Shown here: in pieces, positions 44,909 through 53,593 of the stretch
How positions within the stretch are numbered: the first letter of the stretch is position 1
Layout of the letters: the number at the start of each line of letters is the position of its first letter
Assembly: GCA_045659105.1 (NCBI GenBank)
Contig: JAZOWG010000201.1
Coordinates: forward strand, 1 to 55,057
DNA from: Acutalibacteraceae bacterium
Lineage (GTDB): Bacteria; Bacillota; Clostridia; Oscillospirales; Acutalibacteraceae
Length of the DNA: 55,057 nt
Direction: 5' to 3'
The notes under the pieces: generated by a model
Seen by the model: the letters and a program-made list of their open reading frames with translations, nothing else
Told to the model about the DNA's origin: nothing
The model's database searches: none
Translations under genes and position numbers: made by a program

Positions 44909-46708
44909 TTATTTCTTGATGATAGCGCCGAACTTACATTTTTCAATACAAGCACCGCACTTGATACACTTGGACTGGTCGATAACGTGAGGATTCTTAA
45001 CTGTACCGGAGATAGCACCAACGGGACAAACTCTGGAGCAAAGAGTACAGCCCTTACACTTATCTTCTACGATTGTGATAGAAAGAAGATCCTTACATAC
45101 GCCTGCAGGACACTTCTTGTCAACTACGTGAGCAATGTATTCATCCTTGAAGCGCTTGTATGTAGAAAGAACGGGGTTGGGAGCTGTCTGACCGAGACCG
45201 CAAAGGGAGTTGTCCTTGATGTAATTGCAAAGAGTTTCCATTTCGTCGAGGTCTTCAAGGGTTCCCTGACCCTTTGTGATCTTCTCAAGAATTTCATAAA
45301 GTCTCTTTGTACCGATACGGCAGGGAGTACACTTACCGCAGGACTCATCAACTGTGAATTCAAGGAAGAACTTAGCAATATCAACCATACAGGTGTCTTC
45401 GTCCATAACGATAAGACCGCCTGAACCCATCATAGCACCCTGTGCTACAAGGTTATCGTAGTCGATTTCAATATCAAGCATAGATGCAGGAAGACATCCG
45501 CCGGAGGGACCGCCTGTCTGAGCAGCCTTGAAGGTCTTGCCGTTGGGGATACCGCCGCCGATTTCTTCGATAACTTCACGAAGAGTTGTTCCCATGGGGA
45601 TTTCAACAAGGCCGGTACGGTTGATCTTACCGCCGAGAGCAAATACCTTTGTGCCCTTGGACTTTTCTGTACCCATTGTGTTGAAGAATTCAGCACCGTT
45701 GAGAATAATCTGGGGAACGTTTGCAAAGGTTTCTACGTTATTTTCTGTTGTGGGCTTGCCGAAAAGACCCTTGACTGCAGGATAAGGAGGTCTGGGACGG
45801 GGCACTCCACGGTTACCTTCAATTGAGGTCATAAGAGCTGTTTCTTCACCGCAAACGAATGCACCTGCACCGAGACGGATGAAGAGGTCGAAGTCAAAGC
45901 CTGAACCGAAGATATCCTTACCTAAGAGACCGTAAGCTCTTGCATCATCAATAGCCTTCTGAAGACGTGCAACAGCTATAGGATACTCAGCACGAACGTA
46001 AACATAACCTTCTGAAGCACCTGTAGCATAGCCGCAGATGGTCATAGCTTCAACGATACAGTGGGGGTCGCCTTCAAGAACGGAACGGTCCATAAATGCA
46101 CCGGGGTCGCCTTCGTCAGCATTACAAACAACGTATTTCTGGTCAGCCTGATTCTTTGCTGTGAAGCTCCACTTAAGACCTGTGGGGAAACCGCCGCCGC
46201 CGCGTCCGCGGAGACCTGAATCCATAATAACCTTAATTACGTCCTCGGGCTTCATTTCGGTAAGGCACTTACCGAGTGCAGCATAACCGTCCATTGCAAT
46301 GTATTCATCAATGCTTTCGGGGTTGATAACACCGCAGTTACGAAGAGCAACTCTCTTCTGCTTTGCATAGAAGGTTGTGTCGTTAAGAGAAACGTTGCCG
46401 TGCTCAATTTCAGCACCCTCAGCAACCTCATTGTAAACGAGGCGTTCAACAATACGGCCCTTGAGAAGGTGCTCTTCAACGATTTCCTTAACGTCCTTTT
46501 CTTCTACCTGGCTGTAGAATGTTCCGTCGGGATAAACGATAACAACGGGGCCGAGTGCACAAAGACCGAAGCAACCGGTTCTTACAACCTTGACTTCATC
46601 AACAAGACCGTTTTTCTCGATCTGTGATTCAAATTCGGCAATAAGCTTGTTACTGCCTGAAGATGTACAGCCTGTACCGCCGCAGATTAATACCTGTGCG
46701 CGAATCAT
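44909..46708 (-). CDS. hydB: NuoF-like flavoprotein subunit (HydB)
   Basis: It has an N-terminal thioredoxin-like 2Fe-2S domain, GRGGGGFPTG (FMN/NADH site), the ESCGKCTPCR N3-type cluster and a C-terminal 2x CxxCxxCxxxCP motif. Confidence 0.95.
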   Translation of the reverse strand: MIRAQVLICGGTGCTSSGSNKLIAEFESQIEKNGLVDEVKVVRTGCFGLCALGPVVIVYPDGTFYSQVEEKDVKEIVEEHLLKGRIVERLVYNEVAEGAEIEHGNVSLNDTTFYAKQKRVALRNCGVINPESIDEYIAMDGYAALGKCLTEMKPEDVIKVIMDSGLRGRGGGGFPTGLKWSFTAKNQADQKYVVCNADEGDPGAFMDRSVLEGDPHCIVEAMTICGYATGASEGYVYVRAEYPIAVARLQKAIDDARAYGLLGKDIFGSGFDFDLFIRLGAGAFVCGEETALMTSIEGNRGVPRPRPPYPAVKGLFGKPTTENNVETFANVPQIILNGAEFFNTMGTEKSKGTKVFALGGKINRTGLVEIPMGTTLREVIEEIGGGIPNGKTFKAAQTGGPSGGCLPASMLDIEIDYDNLVAQGAMMGSGGLIVMDEDTCMVDIAKFFLEFTVDESCGKCTPCRIGTKRLYEILEKITKGQGTLEDLDEMETLCNYIKDNSLCGLGQTAPNPVLSTYKRFKDEYIAHVVDKKCPAGVCKDLLSITIVEDKCKGCTLCSRVCPVGAISGTVKNPHVIDQSKCIKCGACIEKCKFGAIIKK

Positions 46709-46753
46709 AATTTATACCTCCAATATTTTTCTGTGAGTTTATAACCTTTTAAA

Positions 46754-47119
46754 TCAAACATTGCTGATAGTATATTCAGCAACTACCTTGCCGCCCTTAA
46801 GATGCTTTTCTGCAACTTCCTTTACCTTTTCGGGAGTCATCTTAACGTAAGTAACCTTGTCTTTGCCTGCTTCGAAGATTTCAACAACGGGCTCGAACTG
46901 ACAGATACCGATACAGCCTGTCTGTGTTACGGTTACCTTGTCGCTGAGTTCAAGGTTGTTAACTTCTTCAACGAAAGAATTGAGAACAGGTCTTGCGCCT
47001 GCTGCAATACCGCAGGTAGCCATACCGACAACAACTCTTACGTCGGAGGAACCTTCACGAAGTACAACTTTGTTCTGCATTTTTTCTTTGATTGCTGCAA
47101 GTTCTGCTAAAGACTTCAT
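46754..47119 (-). CDS. Thioredoxin-like [2Fe-2S] ferredoxin (HndB-like)
   Basis: 121 aa with GMATCGIAAGA...TGCIGICQFEP cysteines. Confidence 0.85.
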   Translation of the reverse strand: MKSLAELAAIKEKMQNKVVLREGSSDVRVVVGMATCGIAAGARPVLNSFVEEVNNLELSDKVTVTQTGCIGICQFEPVVEIFEAGKDKVTYVKMTPEKVKEVAEKHLKGGKVVAEYTISNV

Positions 47120-47158
47120 AAAAATTTTCCTTTCAATTTCTTTATTTATTACTAATAA

Positions 47159-47713
47159 TTAATAACCGATGTTATTATACTGCTCTTTAAGATAGTCTCC
47201 TATCCAGACGATTACCTCGAAGGTATCGAGAGGTATATCACCGAGAACCTCTTTAAGTTCATCGGTATCAAGATTTATCTGTCCCTTATCGGTAGTGTGA
47301 CGGAATATCCATCTTATCTGAGGCTGACCCTGAATCAGAACCGTAATTGTCGAAATTACGTCTCCGAGAGGTGTGAAATCAAGATGGTCGGTGAAGAACA
47401 TTGCTTCAATTTCCGTGCCGTGATTATCAGGATATTCGTCCTCATGCCGTGAAGAGAGCTTCACATCTCCCCCGGTCTGCTGAGCAGCAAGCTTGAAAAG
47501 CGGAATACCTAGTCCGACTTTTCTTGTTGTTCTCGTGGTGGTAAACGGATCCTGAACGTTTCTCAGGAACTCCTCCTTCATACCGCAGCCGTTATCGGAA
47601 ATAAGAACAGTAAGCTTATTTCCATCTTCCGTCAGAATGATGCTGATTGTGTCTGCACCTGCCTTAACAGAGTTCTGTGCAATATCAAGAATATTCAGAG
47701 AAAGCTCTTTCAT
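47159..47713 (-). CDS. Stand-alone GHKL (histidine-kinase-like) ATPase without a HisKA/DHp domain
   Basis: It has an N-box-like NILDIAQNSVKAG and the G-boxes DNGCGM and GLGIP. It overlaps the PHP gene by 4 nt (ATGA). Confidence 0.8.
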   Translation of the reverse strand: MKELSLNILDIAQNSVKAGADTISIILTEDGNKLTVLISDNGCGMKEEFLRNVQDPFTTTRTTRKVGLGIPLFKLAAQQTGGDVKLSSRHEDEYPDNHGTEIEAMFFTDHLDFTPLGDVISTITVLIQGQPQIRWIFRHTTDKGQINLDTDELKEVLGDIPLDTFEVIVWIGDYLKEQYNNIGY

Positions 47714-48450
47714 ACGTATTTACCTCTGAGAAGCTTAAATAATTCCCGCCTTACCTTGTCACCTGAATAAGGCTCATCATCCAGCTCGAGATAATGCTCT
47801 TTATCGCGCATATCCCATAGGTAGTGAGCATCAGAGGAAACAAGAGGTCTTCTTGATTTAAGAAGGGGGAATCTTTCGTTGTATTCTTCGATTTTTTCTC
47901 CGTTGTGAAAGCCTGCATTCAGGAAATTCACATCATCGGGAAAAATACCGAGTGTTGCGATTATGCCGTTGGCTTCACGGTCTACGTGAGCGGGATAGCA
48001 TATACCGCCGAAGGACATCACAATTTCAGCCGCATTGTCAACGGAAATATCTGTTGCGTTTGAAAGAAGGTATTCGTCGGTGCCGATAAGCTCATCCTCT
48101 TCGTTAAGTATTTTCTGTTCATCGAAAATATCAACACGATTCGGAATGAGAATACGGTGCGATTGAATATATTCATCAAAGCTGAGAGCATCGGAGAGCT
48201 CCTCAAAGAGACAAACAAGATGAATGTCTTCCGAGGTCGTAAGCTCCATTCCTGCAACGGGAATTATTCCGTTACGTTTTGCCGCCTTGAAAAATGCCGG
48301 ACAGTTTTTTGCCGAATTGTGGTCGGTTAGAGCAACGATATTAAGACCGTTAAGGGAAGCCATACCTGCAATGTTATTAGGAGTCATATCATCGTCTCCG
48401 CAGGGAGAAAGACAGGAATGAATATGAAGGTCATAATAATACTTATTCAT
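47710..48450 (-). CDS. PHP-domain phosphoesterase
   Basis: It has the YYDLHIHSCLSPCGDD, LTDHNS and SDAHY metal-ligand motifs. Confidence 0.85.
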   Translation of the reverse strand: MNKYYYDLHIHSCLSPCGDDDMTPNNIAGMASLNGLNIVALTDHNSAKNCPAFFKAAKRNGIIPVAGMELTTSEDIHLVCLFEELSDALSFDEYIQSHRILIPNRVDIFDEQKILNEEDELIGTDEYLLSNATDISVDNAAEIVMSFGGICYPAHVDREANGIIATLGIFPDDVNFLNAGFHNGEKIEEYNERFPLLKSRRPLVSSDAHYLWDMRDKEHYLELDDEPYSGDKVRRELFKLLRGKYV

Positions 48451-48773
48451 ATATCACTGCTGATTCTTACGGCTGTGTTGTAAGCCGTATCGGCTGTAAG
48501 AAGAATATTGACACCTTTTTCATTTGCGGTTGAAATGACGGCTTCGTCGGGTCTTGCGCCCTCGCATATAAGGACAGCAGAAACATCTGACAGCTGAGCT
48601 ACTGCGGCAATATTAATGTTTGTCATAATGGTAAGCCATAAGCTTGAAGCCTCTGCCCTGCCCATTACCCAGCTGAGAAGGTCACCTATATATCCGCCTT
48701 CAACAGCCTTGTCGGGATCCGGCATTGAGAGAACCTCAAATGAATACTTTTCAGCTAATTCCTTAACTGTCAT
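48447..48773 (-). CDS. DRTGG-domain protein (copy 2)
   Basis: I trimmed the start to MTVKELAEKYSFEVL (ATG at 48773). It is about 108 aa with the same fold pattern as 50485-50832. It overlaps both neighbours. Confidence 0.65.
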   Translation of the reverse strand: MTVKELAEKYSFEVLSMPDPDKAVEGGYIGDLLSWVMGRAEASSLWLTIMTNINIAAVAQLSDVSAVLICEGARPDEAVISTANEKGVNILLTADTAYNTAVRISSDI

Positions 48774-50049
48774 TTCCGGTTGCTCCTCCGTCAGTTTCAT
48801 CTTGCCTGATGTGCTCAAGCACAACACATTTTCGGTCGTTCGCCACTCCCCTGACGATATCCTCTGCAAAGGCTCTGCAGGTAGGGGCACCGCAGGCGCC
48901 ACAGTCAATTCCGGGAAGAGTTTTCCTGATTTCCTGCATTTTTGCCATCATTCTCATAGATTCAGCCATACTGTCACTGAGTCTTGAGATAGGAGTATAA
49001 TCGGGCAGTGATTCGGTAATGAAGCTGTCGGGAACGAAATTAACATCTGAGCCGATGAAATTCTTTGAAACCGGCATATATCTTCTTACCGTTTGTAATC
49101 GAGTTTTTGCAATAAAGGGATTTTCAATTGTCATAACTCCGCCGACGCATCCGCCGATGCAGGCATTAAGCTCAACGAACTCAATCTGAGGAATATTGCC
49201 GTTCTCAATAGATTCAAGGACCTGAATGCAGTTTTCGATACCGTCTGCGAACAGGTAGCTGTCATTGAGAATGGCGGAGGATTCACCGCCTGAGCTTGCC
49301 CAGCCGATACCTATCATTCCGGCTTCGGAGGTTATTGTGGGAGTTACGTTTTTCTTCATAGCTCCGAGAAGCATAAAATAAATATCGCTTAAGGAGACTA
49401 CTACATCAACATTGCTTTTATATTCTCCGTATCCGTTTCTTATGTAGCTTACCTTTGCGGCACAGGGAGAGATAAAGAATACGCCGATATCGTCGTCAGA
49501 CAGCTCGGGGTGCTCTGCCTTTGCCTTTTTGCGTGCTTCCGCTGCCGCAATCTCCATCGGGGGAAGCATCGGAAGTATGTTGTCCTTAAGATACGGAAAA
49601 CGAAGTGATATAAGTCTTGAAATTACGGGGCAGGCTGAACTGATAACGGGCTTTTTTATGCCTTCCGATTTCAGGAAGATACGAGTGTAGTTTGAAACTA
49701 TTTCGGCTGCCTTAGCAACCTCGTACACATCATCAAAGCCGATATCCTTCAGTCCCTGTAATACGGAATCAACATCATCAAGTCCGTCAAACTGACCGTA
49801 AAGTGCAGGTGCGGGAAGAGCAATTTTCCATTTGTAATGTAAATAATGCTCAAACTTGCTGCACATAGCCTTCTTTGCGTTGTTCGGACAGACTCTTATG
49901 CATTCACCGCAGTCAATACATCTGTCTGTATTGATTTCTGCGTGACCGCCGTTGATTCTTATTGCTTCCGTGGGACATCGTCTTATACAGGATGTACATC
50001 CCGTACACTTGTCCACGTCAAGCACAACAGAGTGTCTGTAAGAATTCAA
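48763..50049 (-). CDS. [FeFe]-hydrogenase-like protein (HydS-like putative sensor, no PAS domain)
   Basis: It uses a TTG start 5 nt after AGGTGA. It has 2x CxxCxxCxxxCP motifs. The H-domain motifs are degenerate: SSACP, SPCAAK and NACIGGCVGG. The C-terminus carries a CGACGAPTCRAF four-Cys motif. Confidence 0.8.
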   Translation of the reverse strand: MNSYRHSVVLDVDKCTGCTSCIRRCPTEAIRINGGHAEINTDRCIDCGECIRVCPNNAKKAMCSKFEHYLHYKWKIALPAPALYGQFDGLDDVDSVLQGLKDIGFDDVYEVAKAAEIVSNYTRIFLKSEGIKKPVISSACPVISRLISLRFPYLKDNILPMLPPMEIAAAEARKKAKAEHPELSDDDIGVFFISPCAAKVSYIRNGYGEYKSNVDVVVSLSDIYFMLLGAMKKNVTPTITSEAGMIGIGWASSGGESSAILNDSYLFADGIENCIQVLESIENGNIPQIEFVELNACIGGCVGGVMTIENPFIAKTRLQTVRRYMPVSKNFIGSDVNFVPDSFITESLPDYTPISRLSDSMAESMRMMAKMQEIRKTLPGIDCGACGAPTCRAFAEDIVRGVANDRKCVVLEHIRQDETDGGATGNDS

Positions 50050-50062
50050 ATCATCACCTTAT

Positions 50063-50488
50063 TTACCTGAGGTAAACACACATCGTGATAGTTGTTCCGA
50101 CGCCTACTTCCGATTCAATTTTCATTTCATCGGTATAACGCTTCATATTGGGAAGACCCATACCTGCTCCGAAGCCCAATGATCGGACGTTTTCGGTTGC
50201 TGTCGAATAACCCTCCTGCATTGCGAGATTTATATCTGCAATACCGGGACCCTTGTCGGCAAGAATTATTTCGATTTTATCTTCTGAAACGTTTACGTCG
50301 GCTGTGCCGCCGTGTGCGTGAATTACCATATTGATTTCGCCCTCATAAAGAGCGATTGAAACCTGGCGGATAATTTCAGGGGGAAGGCCGAGTCTTCTCA
50401 GATTCTTTTTAACCTGAACGGAAGCCTGTCCTGCCGATACAAAATTATCACCGTCGACATCAAAGTGGAAGTTTAACGATTCACTCAT
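50063..50488 (-). CDS. RsbW/SpoIIAB-like serine-protein kinase (anti-sigma-factor-type GHKL ATPase)
   Basis: 141 aa with ALYEGEINMVIH, DKGPGI, GFGAGMGLPNM and VGVGTTI boxes. Confidence 0.75.
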   Translation of the reverse strand: MSESLNFHFDVDGDNFVSAGQASVQVKKNLRRLGLPPEIIRQVSIALYEGEINMVIHAHGGTADVNVSEDKIEIILADKGPGIADINLAMQEGYSTATENVRSLGFGAGMGLPNMKRYTDEMKIESEVGVGTTITMCVYLR

Positions 50489-50832
50489 ATTTTCGTACCC
50501 GTCAATCCGTTAGAATAGAGAGTTCCGCAGGCATCATACATACGCTTACTTGTGGCAAGAAGTGTAATGCCGCACTCATTCGCTGCCTCCACCATTTCGG
50601 GAGTGGGTCGCTTTGAACGGACAAAAACGATACATACCATATCCATCATCTCTGCGGTTCTGATTACCTGTAAATTCACAAGGCCCGTAAGAAGTACAGC
50701 CTGATCCTTTACAAACGCGAGAACGTCACTCATCATATCGCTTCCGCAGGCAGAATGAACGTCCTTGTCGAGAAATTCTTCACCGCAAAGAATTTCAGCA
50801 TCAAGTAATTCTTTTAAGGTACTGATTTTCAT
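50485..50832 (-). CDS. DRTGG-domain protein (copy 1)
   Basis: 115 aa with AVLLTGL...VIRTAEM...IVFVRSKRP, the pattern of the DRTGG family. An ATGA overlap joins it to the kinase gene. Confidence 0.65.
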   Translation of the reverse strand: MKISTLKELLDAEILCGEEFLDKDVHSACGSDMMSDVLAFVKDQAVLLTGLVNLQVIRTAEMMDMVCIVFVRSKRPTPEMVEAANECGITLLATSKRMYDACGTLYSNGLTGTKI

Positions 50833-50855
50833 AAGAATATTTCCTTTGGTGTAAC

Positions 50856-51350
50856 TTATTCGTATTTTGCAAGGATGCCGGGAACCATATCAGCTGTAAG
50901 TCTGCCGTATACGTCTTCGTTAACAGTCATAACGGGAGCAAGTCCGCAAGCGCCGATGCAACGGCATGCTTCAATTGAGAACTTTCCGTCTTCAGAGCAC
51001 TCACCTGCTTCAACACCGAGAACCTCGCAGATCTTGTCAAGAACCTGCTGTGCACCCTTAACATAGCAAGCAGTACCTAAGCATACTGAAATGTTGTACT
51101 TGCCTTTGGGTGAAAGAGCAAACTGTGCATAGAAGGTAGCAACGCCGTAAACCTTTTCTACGGGAACGTCAAGTCCTTCAGCTATCTTGCACTGAACCTC
51201 GTAAGGAAGGTATCCGTAGATTGCCTGAGCATCCTGCATTACTGCCATAAGACGGCTCTTGTCACCGTTAGCTGCAGCAATTACTTCCTCGAGTTTCTTT
51301 GCCTGTTCGGGAGTATCAATAAAGGGAAGTTTACTGATCTTTTTCTCCAT
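50856..51350 (-). CDS. hydC: NuoE-like [2Fe-2S] subunit (HydC)
   Basis: The cysteine pattern is VCLGTACYVKG...ACRCIGACGLAP. The start is set at MEKKISKL, 9 nt after GGAGGA. Confidence 0.9.
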   Translation of the reverse strand: MEKKISKLPFIDTPEQAKKLEEVIAAANGDKSRLMAVMQDAQAIYGYLPYEVQCKIAEGLDVPVEKVYGVATFYAQFALSPKGKYNISVCLGTACYVKGAQQVLDKICEVLGVEAGECSEDGKFSIEACRCIGACGLAPVMTVNEDVYGRLTADMVPGILAKYE

Positions 51351-51409
51351 TTGTGTATTTCCTCCATTCAATTAATATACAAAATAGTGTAAAGGCACAT
51401 AGCCATACA

Positions 51410-51444
51410 TCGTGTATTATATCACAATGTTTTTTTTAAGTCTA
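51410..51444 (-). promoter_or_regulatory. Candidate promoter of the hyd operon, overlapped by a weaker Rex-like site
   Basis: On the minus strand, TAGACT, a 17-nt spacer, then TGaTATAAT (the -10 at the complement of 51416-51421). TTGTGATATAATACACGA (complement of 51410-51427) resembles the Rex consensus TTGTGAAnnnnTTCACAA. Confidence 0.4.
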
Positions 51445-51471
51445 TAGAAAATAAAAAGAAAAAACAGAAAA

Positions 51472-51489
51472 TTGTTATATTATTAACAA
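51472..51489. promoter_or_regulatory. Rex (redox-sensing repressor) operator
   Basis: TTGTTATATTATTAACAA is a near-perfect match to the clostridial Rex box TTGTTAAnnnnTTAACAA. It lies in the divergent hydC/pduL intergenic region. Confidence 0.55.
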
Positions 51490-51526
51490 GATTTTCATTA
51501 AAAGCAGAAAAATATACTTTTTTCTC

Positions 51527-51555
51527 TTGTAAATACCAATAATAATATGTATAAT
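51527..51555 (+). promoter_or_regulatory. Sigma-A-type promoter of pduL
   Basis: TTGTAA (51527-51532), a 17-nt spacer, then TATAAT (51550-51555). Confidence 0.6.
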
Positions 51556-51586
51556 ATATGAGAAATACATTATGGAGGAAACAAAA

Positions 51587-52162
51587 ATGGATAAAAAAGT
51601 TCTCGTAGAAACATCTGCAAGACACGTTCACGTATCTAAGGCAGATCTTGAGGTTCTTTTCGGTGAAGGCTATGAGCTTACAAAGAAAAAGGATCTTTCT
51701 CAGCCCGGTCAGTATGCTTGTGAAGAAAGAGTTCAGGTAATCGGTCCCAAGGCTTCTTTCCCCGGCGTATCAATTCTCGGTCCCGTTAGAAATGCAACTC
51801 AGGTTGAAATTTCTGCTTCCGATGCACGCTCAATCGGTGTTACCGCTCCCGTAAGAGAGTCCGGTGATATCAAGGAATCAGGTGCATGTAAGCTTGTAGG
51901 TCCTAAGGGTGAGGTTGAAATCAGCGAAGGTGTTATTGTTGCAAAGAGACACATTCACATGACAACTGCCGATGCTGCTGAGTTCGGTCTTACAGATAAG
52001 CAGGTTGTAAGCGTTAAGGTTGACTCCCCTGAGCGTTCTCTTGTTTTCGGTGATGTTGTAGTTCGTGTAAACGACAGCTTTGCGCTTGCTATGCACATTG
52101 ATACAGACGAAGCCAATGCAGTTCTTGCAGGCGGCAATGCAATGGGCGAAATTATCAAATAA
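51587..52162 (+). CDS. pduL: Phosphate propanoyl/acetyl-transferase PduL
   Basis: It has two PduL repeats (ETSARHVHVS... and VAKRHIHMTT...). The ATG at 51587 follows GGAGGAA. Confidence 0.9.
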   Translation: MDKKVLVETSARHVHVSKADLEVLFGEGYELTKKKDLSQPGQYACEERVQVIGPKASFPGVSILGPVRNATQVEISASDARSIGVTAPVRESGDIKESGACKLVGPKGEVEISEGVIVAKRHIHMTTADAAEFGLTDKQVVSVKVDSPERSLVFGDVVVRVNDSFALAMHIDTDEANAVLAGGNAMGEIIK

Positions 52163-52181
52163 TCAGATATTTTGCAGAATT

Positions 52182-52218
52182 ACGGTATCCGTTTTTTTCG
52201 GGTACCGTTATTTTTTTT
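52182..52218 (+). terminator. Intrinsic terminator of pduL
   Basis: ACGGTATCC-loop-GGGTACCGT followed by T8. Confidence 0.85.
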
Positions 52219-52317
52219 CATAAATATAACATTAGCAAATTAAGCAGTTAATTGCTGAGATTGACTATAATATTTTTCTTTCATCCGACCAAAATTCAAT
52301 TGAACGGAGGTGAAGGA

Positions 52318-53499
52318 TTGAAAAAAATCATTAGATTATCAACTTCTGTTATTACTGCTGTGTCAATTTTTTTGCTGTCTTTTTTGTTATCTCTGAATTT
52401 AAGCTTTCTCGGTGAAGCATATAAAAGCGATGGCGTAATATATTTGTCGGGACTTATTTCAGAGAAAGGCATCAAAGATAATAAGCCTGCATCTTCAGGT
52501 GCTGTTTCCTTTAATAAAAACCTGTTTATGCCGGTAGCGGACATTATTAATCATAATAAAGAATTTTCGTATGAGCAGAACAGAAAATATCTTATTCCCG
52601 GGGGAAATCTTATCGGAATAAGATTAAAGACTGACGGAGTCCTTGTTGTAGGCGTTGAGAGCTTCGACAGTGTAAACGGCAGCATTTCGCCGGCTGAAAA
52701 TGCAGGAATTAAGATTGGTGATACCTTAAAAACTGTTGATGATATTAAAATTTCCGATAATTCGCAATTGTCTGAAATTATAGTATCCTCAGACGGAAAT
52801 CCGCTTGATGTTGAAATCATAAGAGACGGTCAGATAATTGCGCTTACTATGACACCAGAGATTTGTGCCGCAACAGGTGAATACAAATGCGGACTATGGA
52901 TAAGAGACTCAACTGGCGGTATCGGTACACTCACCTACTGTGATACTGAAAACGGCACTTTCGGCTCTTTAGGACACGGAATATACGATACCGATACAGG
53001 CAGAATTATCCCTACTGAAAAAGGCATTATTTGCGATGCAACCTTAAACGGTGTAACCAAGGGCATAAACGGTACAGCAGGTGAGCTTAAAGGTACTATT
53101 AGCGGCGAAGCATACGGTAGTATTTTTACCAATAATGAAAACGGAATTTACGGAAATATTGATATAATTTCGAATTCCCTTGACATTCTGCCTGTTGCTT
53201 TTGAAAATGAGGTGACAACGGGAAAGGCAGAGATAATTTCAACTGTCAGAGATAATAAAACGGAAAAATTTGAGATTGAAATTGAAAGAATAAGTAAATC
53301 TGCCGAAAATAAGAACTTTGTTATAAAGGTGACCGATGAGGAGCTTCTTGAGATTACGGGTGGCATTGTTCAGGGAATGAGCGGCTCCCCTATTATCCAG
53401 AACGGCAGAATCGTCGGTGCCGTAACACATGTTTTTGTGAACGACCCGACAAAGGGTTACGGGATCTATATTGATAATATGCTGAATGCAGCATCGTAA
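52318..53499 (+). CDS. spoIVB: SpoIVB peptidase (S55), sporulation signalling protease
   Basis: It uses a TTG start 5 nt after GGAGGTG. It has a TM anchor, a PDZ domain (GIKIGDTLKTVDD) and the catalytic block VQGMSGSPIIQNGRIVGAVTHV. Confidence 0.9.
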   Translation: MKKIIRLSTSVITAVSIFLLSFLLSLNLSFLGEAYKSDGVIYLSGLISEKGIKDNKPASSGAVSFNKNLFMPVADIINHNKEFSYEQNRKYLIPGGNLIGIRLKTDGVLVVGVESFDSVNGSISPAENAGIKIGDTLKTVDDIKISDNSQLSEIIVSSDGNPLDVEIIRDGQIIALTMTPEICAATGEYKCGLWIRDSTGGIGTLTYCDTENGTFGSLGHGIYDTDTGRIIPTEKGIICDATLNGVTKGINGTAGELKGTISGEAYGSIFTNNENGIYGNIDIISNSLDILPVAFENEVTTGKAEIISTVRDNKTEKFEIEIERISKSAENKNFVIKVTDEELLEITGGIVQGMSGSPIIQNGRIVGAVTHVFVNDPTKGYGIYIDNMLNAAS

Positions 53500-53514
53500 A
53501 CATCATAATTACCG

Positions 53515-53540
53515 GGCGGAGGCTTTCTTCCGCCTTTTTT
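53515..53540 (+). terminator. Intrinsic terminator of spoIVB
   Basis: GGCGGAGG-cttt-CTTCCGCC followed by T6. Confidence 0.85.
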
Positions 53541-53593
53541 CTTGTTTTCTAGCTTTTTTGTGCTATAATATATTAGAAACGGAGGGATTTTCT

